A DNA stretch of 64,000 bases, from the NCBI GenBank assembly GCA_963709845.1, contig CAVPXV010000006.1, forward strand, positions 229,837 through 293,836, written 5' to 3'. Of this stretch, positions 47,220 to 56,835 are shown piece by piece. The translations under genes were made by a program, and so were the position numbers. This DNA is from an uncultured Thermoleophilia bacterium. Lineage in GTDB: Bacteria > Actinomycetota > Thermoleophilia > UBA2241. The notes under the pieces are model-generated. The model was not told the DNA's origin, made no database searches, and saw only the letters and a list, made by a program, of their open reading frames with translations. Numbering within the stretch: position 1 is the stretch's first letter; each line of letters begins with the position of its first letter.

Positions 47220-48833
47220 TCATGCCGGGCCTTCCCGGCGTGGGCTTTGCCGGTGCGATGCGCTTGGGCGCCGTGGCCGGCGCCGGATGAGGCATGGCGG
47301 TGGGCGCCTTGGTGGGCCCAGGTCGAGGCATGGCGCTGGGCGCCTCGGCGGCCGGGTCGAGACGGGCGGTAGGCGCCTCGGTCGGCCCGGGTCGAGACGT
47401 GGCGCTAGGCGCCTCGGTCGGCCAGCCGAGACGTGGCGGTGGGCGCTCGGCCGGGTCGGGCCGAGGCATGGCGCTAGGCGCGCGCGACAGACCCGAGCGT
47501 CCTGTCGGCAGCCTGCGGTACGCCGTGAGACTCGCCATGGCCGGCCGCAGCAGGGCTTGGCCCAGCACGGCCGGCCGCAGTGGCATGGCCGGCCGATGTG
47601 GCGCGGCGCCGGTCGCCCGCGCGGCCTGCCGGTCGGCCGTGCCCGCAGCTGCTTCAGTGGCCGCCACGACGTGACCTCGGGGCCGGCTGCGCTGGTCGGC
47701 GACCCGCCGCCCGACACGCTGCGCTGAGTCGCCGGCGTCTCCGCCGCCTCGGCGGTGGGGCGGCGCGGGCGGCGCGGGCGGTCGCCGGGTGGGTGGTGCG
47801 CGGCGCGGGCTGCGCCAGAATACGTACGGGTGAGGCGGTGGACGGCAAGATGGCGAAGCTGATATGCCGCCGACGACAGCTGCGCGACCAGGCCGACGGA
47901 CACCGCGAGGCAGACCGCCGCCAGAGCGTACGCGGCCGCCCTTCCGGTGAGCGAGCGGCCGATCCGCGCAAGCACGCCCGTGGCGGCTACCGAGGCGGCA
48001 GCGCTGCGGCCGTCCCGCGGCGAACGCACGACGCCGGACACGGGGATGGTCTCCAGCAGTTCGGGAAGCGGCGCGTCCTCGAGGAACAGGGCCAAGCCGA
48101 TCGCGGCCGCGCCCCAAGGCTGCATGGTCCGCCGGCAGTGCCGGCAGTAGGCCGCATGCTCCTTGAGCCTGCGGGTCTCGTCGTCCGACAGGCCCCGGCC
48201 CACGGCACCGGCGGCCGCCCGCTCGGCCAGCCTGCAAGGGGCGCCGCGCCTGCCGGCCGAAAGCTCATCGAACGCGCGGCGGAAGCTCTCGCGGGCGCGG
48301 AACAGGAGGGCGCGCGCCGCCTCCTCCGTGACACCGAAGACGACCGCCATCTGGGCGGGTCGCAGCTCCTGCAGATCGTGGAGGAGCAGCGCGGCGTGCT
48401 GGCGGACGTCCAGCGTCTCGAGCGCCTGCGTGAAGCGGCGCCCGAGGTCGCTGGGCTCGCGCCAGCCGGTCTGGGCGGCCAGACCCGACGTCGCGCCCTC
48501 GACACTGGCGCCCGCCGTGCGCTCGTCAAGGCGCTCGCGGCACTCCACGAGCGCCGCGCGGTAGGTCCACGCGCTCAGGTCCAGGCTGCCGTCGTGCAGG
48601 AGGATCTGCCGATAGGCCGCCGCGAACGCTGCCTGCACGGCCGCGCCCGCCGCCGGCGCGTCGCGCAGCAGGCGGAAAGCGAGGTTGTAGACCGGACCGC
48701 GGTACAGCTCGTAGTAGTGTGCAAACGCGTCGAGATCGCCGCTTCGCAGATCGCGGAGCAGCGCGTCCGGGCGGGCTTCCATGCCGGCACCTCCAGGCGG
48801 GGGCTCACTGGTGGGCGTGCTGGATTCGAGCAT
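47220..48833 (-). CDS. ECF-type sigma factor fused to a zf-HC2 anti-sigma segment, TM helix and Pro-rich repeat tail (3' frame uncertain)
   Basis: Region 2 DAFAHYYELYRGPVYNLAFRLL, region 4 LRPAQMAVVFGVTEEAARALLFRARESF, then HAAYCRHCRR (Hx3Cx2C), TM AAAYALAAVCLAVSVGLVAQL. The tail repeat reads best (PTEAPSA...) in the frame of ORF 47107..48237. Confidence 0.6.
   Translation of the reverse strand: MLESSTPTSEPPPGGAGMEARPDALLRDLRSGDLDAFAHYYELYRGPVYNLAFRLLRDAPAAGAAVQAAFAAAYRQILLHDGSLDLSAWTYRAALVECRERLDERTAGASVEGATSGLAAQTGWREPSDLGRRFTQALETLDVRQHAALLLHDLQELRPAQMAVVFGVTEEAARALLFRARESFRRAFDELSAGRRGAPCRLAERAAAGAVGRGLSDDETRRLKEHAAYCRHCRRTMQPWGAAAIGLALFLEDAPLPELLETIPVSGVVRSPRDGRSAAASVAATGVLARIGRSLTGRAAAYALAAVCLAVSVGLVAQLSSAAYQLRHLAVHRLTRTYSGAARAAHHPPGDRPRRPRRPTAEAAETPATQRSVSGGGSPTSAAGPEVTSWRPLKQLRARPTGRPRGRPAPRHIGRPCHCGRPCWAKPCCGRPWRVSRRTAGCRQDARVCRARLAPCLGPTRPSAHRHVSAGRPRRLAPRLDPGRPRRLPPVSTRPPRRPAPCLDLGPPRRPPPCLIRRRPRRPSASHRQSPRREGPA
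47289..47482. repeat. about 5.5 imperfect tandem repeats of 34-36 nt in the anti-sigma tail
   Basis: Units GAGGCATGGCGGTGGGCGCCTTGGTGGGCCCAGGTC / GAGGCATGGCGCTGGGCGCCTCGGCGGCCGGGTC / GAGACGGGCGGTAGGCGCCTCGGTCGGCCCGGGTC ...; first five units sum to 174 nt. Confidence 0.8.
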
Positions 48834-48923
48834 CTACTCCCCCTATCGGCAGAGTTCGCCGCTCCTGAAGCGAATTCCCGTTCGGGAACGGCGTCATCGA
48901 CGAAAACCGGGGCGGAGCGAGTG

Positions 48924-49143
48924 CTAGCCCGAGGCGCGACCGCCGCCGTTGCCGCGGCTGAGGCCGCGGATGTACTCGTCGAGGTCTACCTCGCGCACGC
49001 GCCAAATCCTGCCGCCCGGCTTGACTCCGGGCAGCTGCTCGGAGCGCAGCCAGGCACGCACGGTCAGCACGCTCAGACCGAGACGATCGGCGACTTGTTC
49101 GGGGGTCAGCAGACGCTCAGGTGCCGCCAGCTTGCTCGCTCAT
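48924..49143 (-). pseudogene. excisionase-type (MerR-like) helix-turn-helix DNA-binding protein, frame break at about 49118 just after the ATG
   Basis: ATG 49143 (MSEQAGGT-stop), while the +1 frame reads ...APERLLTPEQVADRLGLSVLTVRAWLRSEQLPGVKPGGRIWRVREVDLDEYIRGL... to TAG 48924; that frame has no start codon. Confidence 0.6.
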
Positions 49144-49427
49144 TGGGCCGCCCTTGGATGTCGGGCACAGCCAGCTCGAGGGAAAAGCTCGCCGGGCAGG
49201 TTTGGCCGTTGACCGCCGTCGCTGACGGGACATAAACGGCTCTCTATCAGTCTTTCCATCCTACTCCGCGCGTAACCGGATACCAGCGCTCCTTCCCGCC
49301 GGTGCGCGCAGCCACGCGCCAGGCGAGGCTGCGCTTTCAACGAACTTCCATGTTCTGTGGCGGTGCGCGTATCTGAACGTTGTCTAAGGGCGTTCGTGAC
49401 GTTCATTCGTTGTTCCGCGTGCAACGC

Positions 49428-49455
49428 TTGCCTTTGAAGTCGCTGGGCGTACTAT
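49428..49455 (+). promoter_or_regulatory. candidate sigma-70-type promoter upstream of the radical SAM gene
   Basis: TTGCCT-N16-TACTAT in a locally AT-richer stretch, about 100 nt upstream of the small ORF. Confidence 0.3.
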
Positions 49456-49556
49456 GTGAGTCCTACCCACGTTTCGAGGGAATCCGGGCCCGCGGACCGC
49501 GCCACGTCGCACCTGCAGCCATCCCGGCGGCGCTTCCGCCCAACGAGGTCCGCATC

Positions 49557-49637
49557 ATGCTCCCCGCAGCTTCGCCACGAGTCGCCCGAGGCATGTACGA
49601 CGCGCCCGCCCTGTCGCACCGCCGTGGTGCCGCATGA
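49557..49637 (+). CDS. 26-codon upstream ORF translationally coupled to the radical SAM gene (speculative leader or precursor peptide)
   Basis: MLPAASPRVARGMYDAPALSHRRGAA; GAGG 8 nt upstream of ATG 49557; its TGA overlaps the radical SAM ATG (ATGA at 49634-49637). Confidence 0.3.
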   Translation: MLPAASPRVARGMYDAPALSHRRGAA

Positions 49638-51040
49638 AGGTCCGCCTCATCGAGCCGGCCCCCGCCCACATCAACATGTGGTCGTACACGTTCTTCCCGC
49701 GCCTCGGACTCCCGATGATCGGCGCGGCCCTCAAGGCGGCCGGCCACGACGTGCTCATCTACTGCCCGCAGCTCGCGCCGATCGACTGGGACGACGTGCT
49801 GGCGGCGGACCTCGCCGGCATCTCGAGCACGACGTCGACGGCCCCGGCCGCCTACGAGATGGCCGACCGGCTGCGCCGGCACGGCGTACCGACGGCCATC
49901 GGCGGCTCGCACGTGACCTTCATGGCCGACGAGGCCCTCGCGCACGCCGACTACGTGGCGCGCGGGGAGGGCGGCGAGGCCCTGATGCTCGAGCTCATCG
50001 ACGCACTGGAGGGCCGCCGCGAGCTTGCGTCGATCCCCGGCCTCTCGTTCACGCGCGAGGGCGCGGCCGTGCACAACCCGGCGCGCCCGCGCTGCGCGGA
50101 CCTGGACACGCTCCCCGTGCCCGACCTGTCGCTGATCGTCGGAGCCGAGGACATGCGCGCGACGACCCCGATCATGACGAGCTGGGGCTGCCCGTTCGCC
50201 TGCAACTTCTGCTCGGTGACCGCGATGTTCGGGCGCAAGTACCGCTATCGCCGCCCGGAGCGCGTGATGGCCGAGATCGAGGAGAAGCAGCCGACGTCGA
50301 TCTTCTTCTACGACGACAACTTCGCCGCCGACAGGCGACGGCTCAAGACGCTGCTGCGCCTGATGATCGCGAGCGGGCGCCTCGTGCCCTGGTCCGCCCA
50401 GGTCCGCACCGACGTCGTCGACGACCCCGAGCTGCTCGACCTGATGCAACGCTCCGGATGCGAGCGACTGGCGCTCGGCCTCGAGTCGGTGAGCCAGGCC
50501 ACGCTCGACAGCTACGACAAGTCGCAGAGCCTCGACGACATCGCGCGAGCCATCGACACACTGCACGCCTACGGGATCAAGAGCCACGGCATGTTCGTGC
50601 TCGGCGCCGACACCGACACGCGCGAGACCGTCCGCGAGACTGCCAGGTTCGCGCGCAGGCACGACATCGACACGCTCATGCTCAACATCCTCACCCCCCT
50701 GCCCGGCACGAAGCAGTTCGCCGATATGCAGGCCGAGGACCGCATCTTCGAGCGGGGCTGGGACCTCTACGACGGCCAGCATGTGGTGTTCACGCCGGCC
50801 CGCATGAGCGCCGCCGAGCTGCAGGCGGAGGTCATGCGCGCCTTCGCGCGCTTCTACTCGCCCGGCCAGTGGCTCAAGTACCTCGCCACATTCCGTTACG
50901 GGACGATGGCGCTGTACAGCTGGTACTGGTGGTTCCAGCGCAAGCGGCGCAGCGAGCGAGGCCACCGCGCCTACCTCGAGATGCTGAGACAGCTGCGCCC
51001 CGGCACGGCTACGCCCTCCACGGCGCGCGGACGCGGCTAG
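49634..51040 (+). CDS. B12-binding-domain radical SAM protein (class B)
   Basis: 468 aa; N-terminal B12-binding-like Rossmann (MKVRLIEP...GLPMIGAALKAAGHDV), SWGCPFACNFCS (Cx3Cx2C), C-terminal DUF4070-like region. Confidence 0.85.
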   Translation: MKVRLIEPAPAHINMWSYTFFPRLGLPMIGAALKAAGHDVLIYCPQLAPIDWDDVLAADLAGISSTTSTAPAAYEMADRLRRHGVPTAIGGSHVTFMADEALAHADYVARGEGGEALMLELIDALEGRRELASIPGLSFTREGAAVHNPARPRCADLDTLPVPDLSLIVGAEDMRATTPIMTSWGCPFACNFCSVTAMFGRKYRYRRPERVMAEIEEKQPTSIFFYDDNFAADRRRLKTLLRLMIASGRLVPWSAQVRTDVVDDPELLDLMQRSGCERLALGLESVSQATLDSYDKSQSLDDIARAIDTLHAYGIKSHGMFVLGADTDTRETVRETARFARRHDIDTLMLNILTPLPGTKQFADMQAEDRIFERGWDLYDGQHVVFTPARMSAAELQAEVMRAFARFYSPGQWLKYLATFRYGTMALYSWYWWFQRKRRSERGHRAYLEMLRQLRPGTATPSTARGRG

Positions 51041-51066
51041 CGCGTCGCCGGGCCGCGCGGCCGCCG

Positions 51067-52317
51067 TCAGGGCGCGGCGCGAGGCTGACCGTGCTCGGTG
51101 CCGGCGAGCACGAACCAGACGAGCGCCGCGCCGGCGACGCACAGCCCCGCGGCGCCCGCGAACAGCACCGGCGCCCCGAGGCGCGAGAACACGAACCCGC
51201 CTATCGACGGGCCGACGATGGCGCCGAGGCTCCAGCCGAAGGTCTGCGACACGGCCTGCCCGGTCGATTGCAGCCGGCGTGGGACGAGGCGTCCGATGAT
51301 CATCACGACGCCCACGTAGACGAGCGCGAACGCGACGCCGTCGCCGGTGGCCACGAGCGAAAGCACGAGCGGCGACTTGGCAAGCGTCCAGGCGAGGAAC
51401 ACGAGGGCGTAGACGAGGGCTCCGGCGACGTACACCGAGCGCAAGCCGAAGCGCCGCGCCAGGCTGCCGCTCCAGCGCATCACGGGGATCTCGATCAGGG
51501 CCGCGAGACCGGCCGCGAGACCCACGAGGAACGGCCCGCCACCCGTCCCCACGATCTGCAGGCTCACGAACGTCAGGGCGGCGAAGGTCCCGATGCTGAC
51601 GATGACCATGCCCACCATGAACGGGGCGAGGTGCGGTGAGGCGCGGAACACGTCGCCGAGCGCCCCGAAGCGGGATTCGGCGCGCATCGGCAGCGGCGCG
51701 CCGGGCGGCAGCCGCAGCGTCCAGAGCCCGAACCCGACGGTCCCGAGCGCATACAGGGGGAGCACGGGGGCGAGACCCACCCGCTGGTACAGCGCGCCGA
51801 AGAGGATGACCGCCACCCCCCAGCCGACGCTCGCCCAGAGCCTGATGCGCCCGTAGTCGCCGAGGCGCTCTTCGCCGAGGTGGGCCACAGCGAGCGCGTC
51901 AGAGAGGGGCGCGCCCGGCGACGAGCAGATCGTCATCAGCACGGCCACGATCAGGATGGGCCAGAACGCCGAACCGGTGGCTGCGAGCGCCAGCGCGAAG
52001 ACGGCGGTCGCGAGCGACGAGACGACGAGCACGCGCACCGCCCCGAAGCGCGTGTCCGCGAGGTGGCTCCAGTAGGGCACGGTGACCGCCCCGACGAGGG
52101 CGGTCACGGCGAAGAGGATGCCGATATCCTCGGGCGACAGGCCGCGGTCCTTGAGCAGCAGGGCGAAGAAGGGGATGAACGCCGAGCCGCTGGCGCCGGC
52201 GATGAGGAAGAGCGTGCGCAGCGACCAAAGGCCGTCTCCCCTACGCCCGGTCGCCGAACCACGCCGGGCACGACCTGCTCCGCTGCTCTGGCCGGCAGGG
52301 TCGCTCATCGGAGGCAT
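51067..52317 (-). CDS. MFS transporter (12 TM)
   Basis: 416-aa uninterrupted ORF, 12 hydrophobic helices with a central loop. Confidence 0.75.
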   Translation of the reverse strand: MPPMSDPAGQSSGAGRARRGSATGRRGDGLWSLRTLFLIAGASGSAFIPFFALLLKDRGLSPEDIGILFAVTALVGAVTVPYWSHLADTRFGAVRVLVVSSLATAVFALALAATGSAFWPILIVAVLMTICSSPGAPLSDALAVAHLGEERLGDYGRIRLWASVGWGVAVILFGALYQRVGLAPVLPLYALGTVGFGLWTLRLPPGAPLPMRAESRFGALGDVFRASPHLAPFMVGMVIVSIGTFAALTFVSLQIVGTGGGPFLVGLAAGLAALIEIPVMRWSGSLARRFGLRSVYVAGALVYALVFLAWTLAKSPLVLSLVATGDGVAFALVYVGVVMIIGRLVPRRLQSTGQAVSQTFGWSLGAIVGPSIGGFVFSRLGAPVLFAGAAGLCVAGAALVWFVLAGTEHGQPRAAP

Positions 52318-52374
52318 CCTACCAGCCCGCGACGAGCCCTCGACCGCGGACCGGAGGCGGGTCCGGCGCGGCGC

Positions 52375-53348
52375 TCAGGGGTCGCGGCGCGGGCGGCGGG
52401 CCTGCACGTAGCTCACGAGCAGCTCGTCGCGGAGGGCGGTCAGCTCCTCGGTACGACCGGCCAGCCTTCTCCGCTTCGAGCCCCTCGGCGAGGAGGTCGG
52501 ACGTCGCCGCCGGGAACTCGGTCCACGCGGCCAGGTCGCGCAGCATCCCCTCCTTGACGGCGGACAGGTGCTCGAGGTGACCGCGGATGCCATGCGCGCC
52601 TCCGCCCAGGTCGTAGAGCAGGTGGGGTCCCATCGCCGCCCAGCGCAGACCTGGGCCGAAGCTGACGGCGCGGTCGACGTCGTCGACAGTGGCGATGCCC
52701 CGCGCGACCAGGTCGACCGCCTCCCGCCACAGGGCGGCCGAGAGGCGATTGGCGATGTATCCGGGCAGGTCGCGAGTGAGCAGCACCGGCTCCTTGCCGA
52801 CGGCGATGTAGAAGGCGCGCGCGCGCCGCATCGCCTCCGGCGCGGTGAGCTCACCGGGGGCGAGCTCCACGAGGGGCACCAGGTGCGGCGGGTTGTACGG
52901 GTGCGCGGCGAGGCAGCGCTGCGGCCGCCGCGCCGCCGTCTGGATGTCGCTGATGGAGAGGCCCGAGGAGCTCGTGCAGATGAGCGCCTCGGGCGGCACG
53001 GCGGCGTCGACGGCGGCGAAGACCTCCCGCTTGAGCGCCAGATCCTCGCGGACGCACTCCTGGACGTGGCACGCACCGGAGAGCGCCTCCTCCAGGTCGG
53101 CCGTGGCCCGAAGCAGGGCGATGCCCCTCTCGGCGGCGCCGGTCTCCGCCAGGCCGTGCGCCGCCAGGAAGCGCGCCGCCGCCGCGGCGCCGTCCCTGGC
53201 CGCCGGTCAGGCGGCCCTCGTCGACGTCGTGGATGCGCACTTCGAGGCCGGCGGCGGCGAAGAGCCCCGCCCAGCTGCCGCCGGTAAGACCGGCCCCGAC
53301 GACCGCCACCGGACCGTCCGGAGGCCACGCTCGCCGAGACTCCTCCAT
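52375..53348 (-). pseudogene. 3-hydroxyacyl-CoA dehydrogenase family (L-carnitine/L-gulonate 3-dehydrogenase-like), two frame breaks (about 53205 and 52455)
   Basis: MEESRRAWPPDGPVAVVGAGLTGGSWAGLFAAAGLEVRIHDVDEG (ORF 52851..53606). Middle ...ALKREVFAAVDAAVPPEALICTSSSGLSISD...HPYNPPHLVPLVEL... (frame of ORF 52319..52999). Tail TEELTALRDELLVSYVQ in ORF 52375..53376. Confidence 0.75.
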
Positions 53349-53430
53349 GCGCTCGACCCTCCTCCACGACTCCCACGGGCCGCGCCGGGCGCTCAGCGCC
53401 CGCGCGCCGCAGGGCCGCGCTCTGGTCCTG

Positions 53431-53745
53431 CTACTCGTCCTCCGGCGCTTCGTTGGGCCACGTCGCCAGGGCCGTGGCCACCAGGTGCCGGCAGAGCCGC
53501 TCCGCGGCTGCGCCGCAGGGGCAAGCCCACGCGAGCCTGCCGCCGTCCACGCGCAGCTCGGTCTCGTAGATCTGCGTGTCCTCGACCTGGGCGCGCAGCA
53601 CCTCATCGTCGTGGCGCAGGATGCGCACCGACCCGTGCTCGGCGGCGGCCGCGCCGTCGATGAAGTCCTTGGGCGCGGCCAGGTCCATCAGCGTCTTCTC
53701 GTCCAGGAACTCGTCGATCGAGGTCATCCCTCTCCTCTCGTCCAT
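53431..53745 (-). CDS. SWIM zinc-finger protein
   Basis: 104 aa; WACPCGAAAERLCRHLVA = CxCx(n)CxH SWIM motif. Confidence 0.6.
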   Translation of the reverse strand: MDERRGMTSIDEFLDEKTLMDLAAPKDFIDGAAAAEHGSVRILRHDDEVLRAQVEDTQIYETELRVDGGRLAWACPCGAAAERLCRHLVATALATWPNEAPEDE

Positions 53746-53850
53746 TCGGCATCCCCTGTACCCGGCGCGCGCCGGGGACTACCATCGCCGTCCGCCGCGA
53801 GAAGCCGAGCAGTCGTCCGCGGGCCCGCCGCCGGCGCCGCGGCCCGCGCC

Positions 53851-54465
53851 TCAGGCGGCGCGACGCCGGCGCCGGCGCACGACGACCCACACGATGAAGG
53901 CCAACAGCGCGACGGCGACGGCGTAGTCCAGCCACTTGAAGTCCTGCTCGAGCCGCTGCCAGTTGGCGCCGACTTTGACGCCCAGCCACGTGAGGAAGGC
54001 GACGAACGGCACGCAACCGAGAGCGGTGTACAACGTGAACTTCCACATCGACATCCTGGCGACGCCGGCGGGCAGCGAGACGAAGCTGCGCACACCCGGG
54101 ATCATGCGGCAGAAGAACACGGCGATGGGGCCGTATCTGGCGAACCAGCGTTCGGTGAGCTCGATGTGCTCGTGCCGCAGGAACACGTACTTGCCGTAGC
54201 GGTCGATGAACGGCCGTCCGCCGTAGAGCCCGATGTAGTAGACGATCCACGCGCCGACGACGTTGCCGGCGACGCCCGCGGTGATCGCCGCCGCCAGGCC
54301 CATCCTGCCCTGGCTCACGGCGAAGCCGGCGAACATCATCGTCGTCTCGGCCGGGATGGGGATGCAGGCGCTTTCGAGGAGCATGAGGACGAACACGCCC
54401 GGGAGGCCAAACGTGGCGATGACGTTGGTGCACCAGTTGACGATGTCGTTGACGATGCTCTGCAC
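53851..54465 (-). CDS. DedA-family (VTT domain) membrane protein
   Basis: 204 aa; FGLPGVFVLMLLESACIPIPAE and RMIPGVRSFVSLPAGVARM motifs. Confidence 0.85.
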   Translation of the reverse strand: MQSIVNDIVNWCTNVIATFGLPGVFVLMLLESACIPIPAETTMMFAGFAVSQGRMGLAAAITAGVAGNVVGAWIVYYIGLYGGRPFIDRYGKYVFLRHEHIELTERWFARYGPIAVFFCRMIPGVRSFVSLPAGVARMSMWKFTLYTALGCVPFVAFLTWLGVKVGANWQRLEQDFKWLDYAVAVALLAFIVWVVVRRRRRRAA

Positions 54466-54527
54466 GCCGCGAAGCGTAAACGACGGCGCCGGCGGGAGCT
54501 AACCGGCCCTGGCCACCTCGTGCCCGC

Positions 54528-55940
54528 TCACGTCTGCGCAGACCGGCCTCGCCCGTCCTCGGGCGCCTCCGTGGCGGCCTGCCACGCCGGCTCGTCGGCG
54601 GGCGCGAGGGCGAGCTCGTCCCCCGGCTCCACGGCCCACCCGGCGGCGGGCTCGAGTGCAGGCTCGTCGGAAGACGCCGGGAGGTCCAGCACCAGCTCAG
54701 CCTCGTCCTCGGGGAGCTGCTCCACGGCCCGCAGCTTGCGCTCCATGGCGCGCGTGCGCACGCCGGTCTGGTCGATGGTGCGGCTCGCCGTATCGAGCTG
54801 CCGCTTGACCTTCGCGAGCACGTCCTCGAACTTGGCGAACTCGCTCTTCACCCCGCCCAGCACGCGCCACACCTCGGCCGCCTGCTGCTCGATGGCGAGC
54901 GTCTGGAAGCCCATGCGCAGGCTGCTGAGCAGAGCCGCGAGCGTGGTGGGCCCGGCTACGACGACGCGCGAACGCCGCTGCAGCTCGTCGAGCAGGGCCG
55001 GCTGGCGCACGACCTCGGCGTAGAGCCCCTCGGTGGCCAGGAACATGAGCGCGAAGTCGGTCGTGTGCGGCGGCTTTACGTACTTGGCGTGGATGTCCTG
55101 CGCCGCCAGCCTGATCGCCCGCGCCAGGGCGTCGCCGGCGCGCCGCGTCGCCTCGGCGTCACCCACATCTGCCGCCTCCTGGATGCGCAGGTAGTCCTCC
55201 TGCGGGAACTTGGAGTCGATCGGCAGCCAGACGCAACTGCCCGGCTCGTCCCTCGGTCCCGGGAGGCGCACGGCGTACTCGACGACCTCGCCGGCGCCCG
55301 GCTCGACGTGCACGTTCTTCTCGTACTGCCCCGGCGCCAGGATCTCCTCGAGCAGCGCGCCGAGCTGGACCTCGGCCCAGGTCCCGCGCGCCTTGACGTT
55401 CGTGAGCACGCGCTTGAGGTCGCCTACGCCGGTGGCCAGGTTCTGCATCTCCCCGAGCCCCTTCTGCACGGATTCGAGCTGGGTGCTCACCAGCCGGAAC
55501 GACTCCCCGAGCCGCCTCTCGAGGGTGGACTGGAGCTTCTCGTCCACCGTCCGGCGCATCTCCTCGAGCTTCTTCTCGTTGCCCTCCTGGAGCTCGCGCA
55601 CGCGTGCGTCCACGGTGACGCGGATGTGGTCGAGCGACGCCCGGTTGGACTCGCTCAGCTGCGTGAGACTCGCGGACAGGCCGTCGAGCTGGGCGCGCTG
55701 GACCGCGCCCCCGCTCGAAAGGGTCGCCGCAAGGGTCTCGTTGGCGGCGGCGAGACCCCCCGCGAGCTCGGCGCGCGACTCGCGCGCGGCGCGGGCGGCC
55801 TCCTCCCTGCCGGCGCGCAGGTCCTCGCGCAGCGACCCCGTGCGCTCGCGACCGCGAGCCGAGCGCGCCAGTAGCGCCCATAGGAGGACGGCGTCGAGCG
55901 CCGCCAGGGCGACGAGCAGCCACATGACGGCCTGGTTCAC
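54528..55940 (-). CDS. rmuC: DNA recombination protein RmuC
   Basis: 470 aa; N-terminal TM, long coiled coil, GTWAEVQLGALLE and C-terminal nuclease-like FALMFLATEGLYAE. Confidence 0.85.
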   Translation of the reverse strand: MNQAVMWLLVALAALDAVLLWALLARSARGRERTGSLREDLRAGREEAARAARESRAELAGGLAAANETLAATLSSGGAVQRAQLDGLSASLTQLSESNRASLDHIRVTVDARVRELQEGNEKKLEEMRRTVDEKLQSTLERRLGESFRLVSTQLESVQKGLGEMQNLATGVGDLKRVLTNVKARGTWAEVQLGALLEEILAPGQYEKNVHVEPGAGEVVEYAVRLPGPRDEPGSCVWLPIDSKFPQEDYLRIQEAADVGDAEATRRAGDALARAIRLAAQDIHAKYVKPPHTTDFALMFLATEGLYAEVVRQPALLDELQRRSRVVVAGPTTLAALLSSLRMGFQTLAIEQQAAEVWRVLGGVKSEFAKFEDVLAKVKRQLDTASRTIDQTGVRTRAMERKLRAVEQLPEDEAELVLDLPASSDEPALEPAAGWAVEPGDELALAPADEPAWQAATEAPEDGRGRSAQT

Positions 55941-56108
55941 GGCTCACGCTCCCGCGTAGCTGGCCCGGCGACGGCCGCCGGCCGACAGACCGATCCTAGG
56001 CGGCCACGGGGACGGATGAGGCGCGTCGCCGGGAAGGCACCCGGGAGCTCCGACGCCGCGTGCAGGCGCGCCCGGGCCGCGGTCCCCGGGCACCGCCACC
56101 GGCGGGCG

Positions 56109-56639
56109 TCACATCTGGTTGAGGAACGCCGTCCCGCGCAGACCGAGCCCGGCGTCGGCGGAGAGCTCCATGTCGCGCGGCGCCAGGAGCAGTGTCTCGG
56201 CGCTGATGGACTGGAGGCTGCCCTCGAGGGCATAGGCGAGGCCGCTGCAGAAGTCGGTGAGGCGCTTGGCGAGCTCCGGCTCGCAGCCCTGCAGGTCGAC
56301 GATGACGGGCGCGCCGCCGCGGAAGCGGTCGGCGATCTGCTGGGCCTCGTCGAAGCTCCGGGGCGCGACGAGGCCGAACTCGAGGTGGGGCGGCTGCACG
56401 AGCGCGAGGGGCGCGGGACGTTCCGGTGAAGTCCGGTAGCGCCCCGCGGGTTCCTGCGCGTAGATGTCGTCGAAGTCGGCGCCGTGGGCGCGCGGCACGC
56501 GGCGCACGGCGCGCTCCTGGTAGCCGGTGTCCCAGTCGTCGGGCTCGGCCGAGGTCTCGTCTTCGTACATGTCATAGCCCTCGTCACCGCCGGCGCCGAA
56601 GCGGCCGACGGCGGTGCGGAACGCTCGTGCGACGCTCAT
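56109..56639 (-). CDS. sepF: cell division protein SepF
   Basis: Frame of ORF 56109..56801, ATG 56639 with GGAGG SD; PRSFDEAQQIADRFRGGAPVIVDLQGCEPELAKRLTDFCSGLAYALEGSL. Confidence 0.8.
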   Translation of the reverse strand: MSVARAFRTAVGRFGAGGDEGYDMYEDETSAEPDDWDTGYQERAVRRVPRAHGADFDDIYAQEPAGRYRTSPERPAPLALVQPPHLEFGLVAPRSFDEAQQIADRFRGGAPVIVDLQGCEPELAKRLTDFCSGLAYALEGSLQSISAETLLLAPRDMELSADAGLGLRGTAFLNQM

Positions 56640-56835
56640 GGATCCTCCAAACCTGGTCAGATGACGAGGCGCGGGTACGTCGCCGGCGGCGCCTCGATGC
56701 GCGGCGATGATGACGACCTTAAGGTTCGCCGCGTCAGGGCTCTCCGCCTTCCCAGCGCCTCGCCGGGAGCGCGCGCCCGCGTAGTAGACTGGGCCCGCCA
56801 CGCGGGGAGGGCGATCCCCAGACGTCAGGACGACG

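Noticed and set aside
47289-47482. Tandem 34-36-nt repeats as a possible CRISPR array
   Set aside because: The units are contiguous without spacers, imperfect, lie inside a coding region and encode a Pro-rich peptide repeat. No cas genes are present.
49144-49633. Cobalamin riboswitch upstream of the B12-binding radical SAM gene
   Set aside because: I could not find a B12-box-like core (GCCACTG-type) or the expected multi-helix conservation. This needs a covariance-model scan (Rfam RF00174) to exclude formally.
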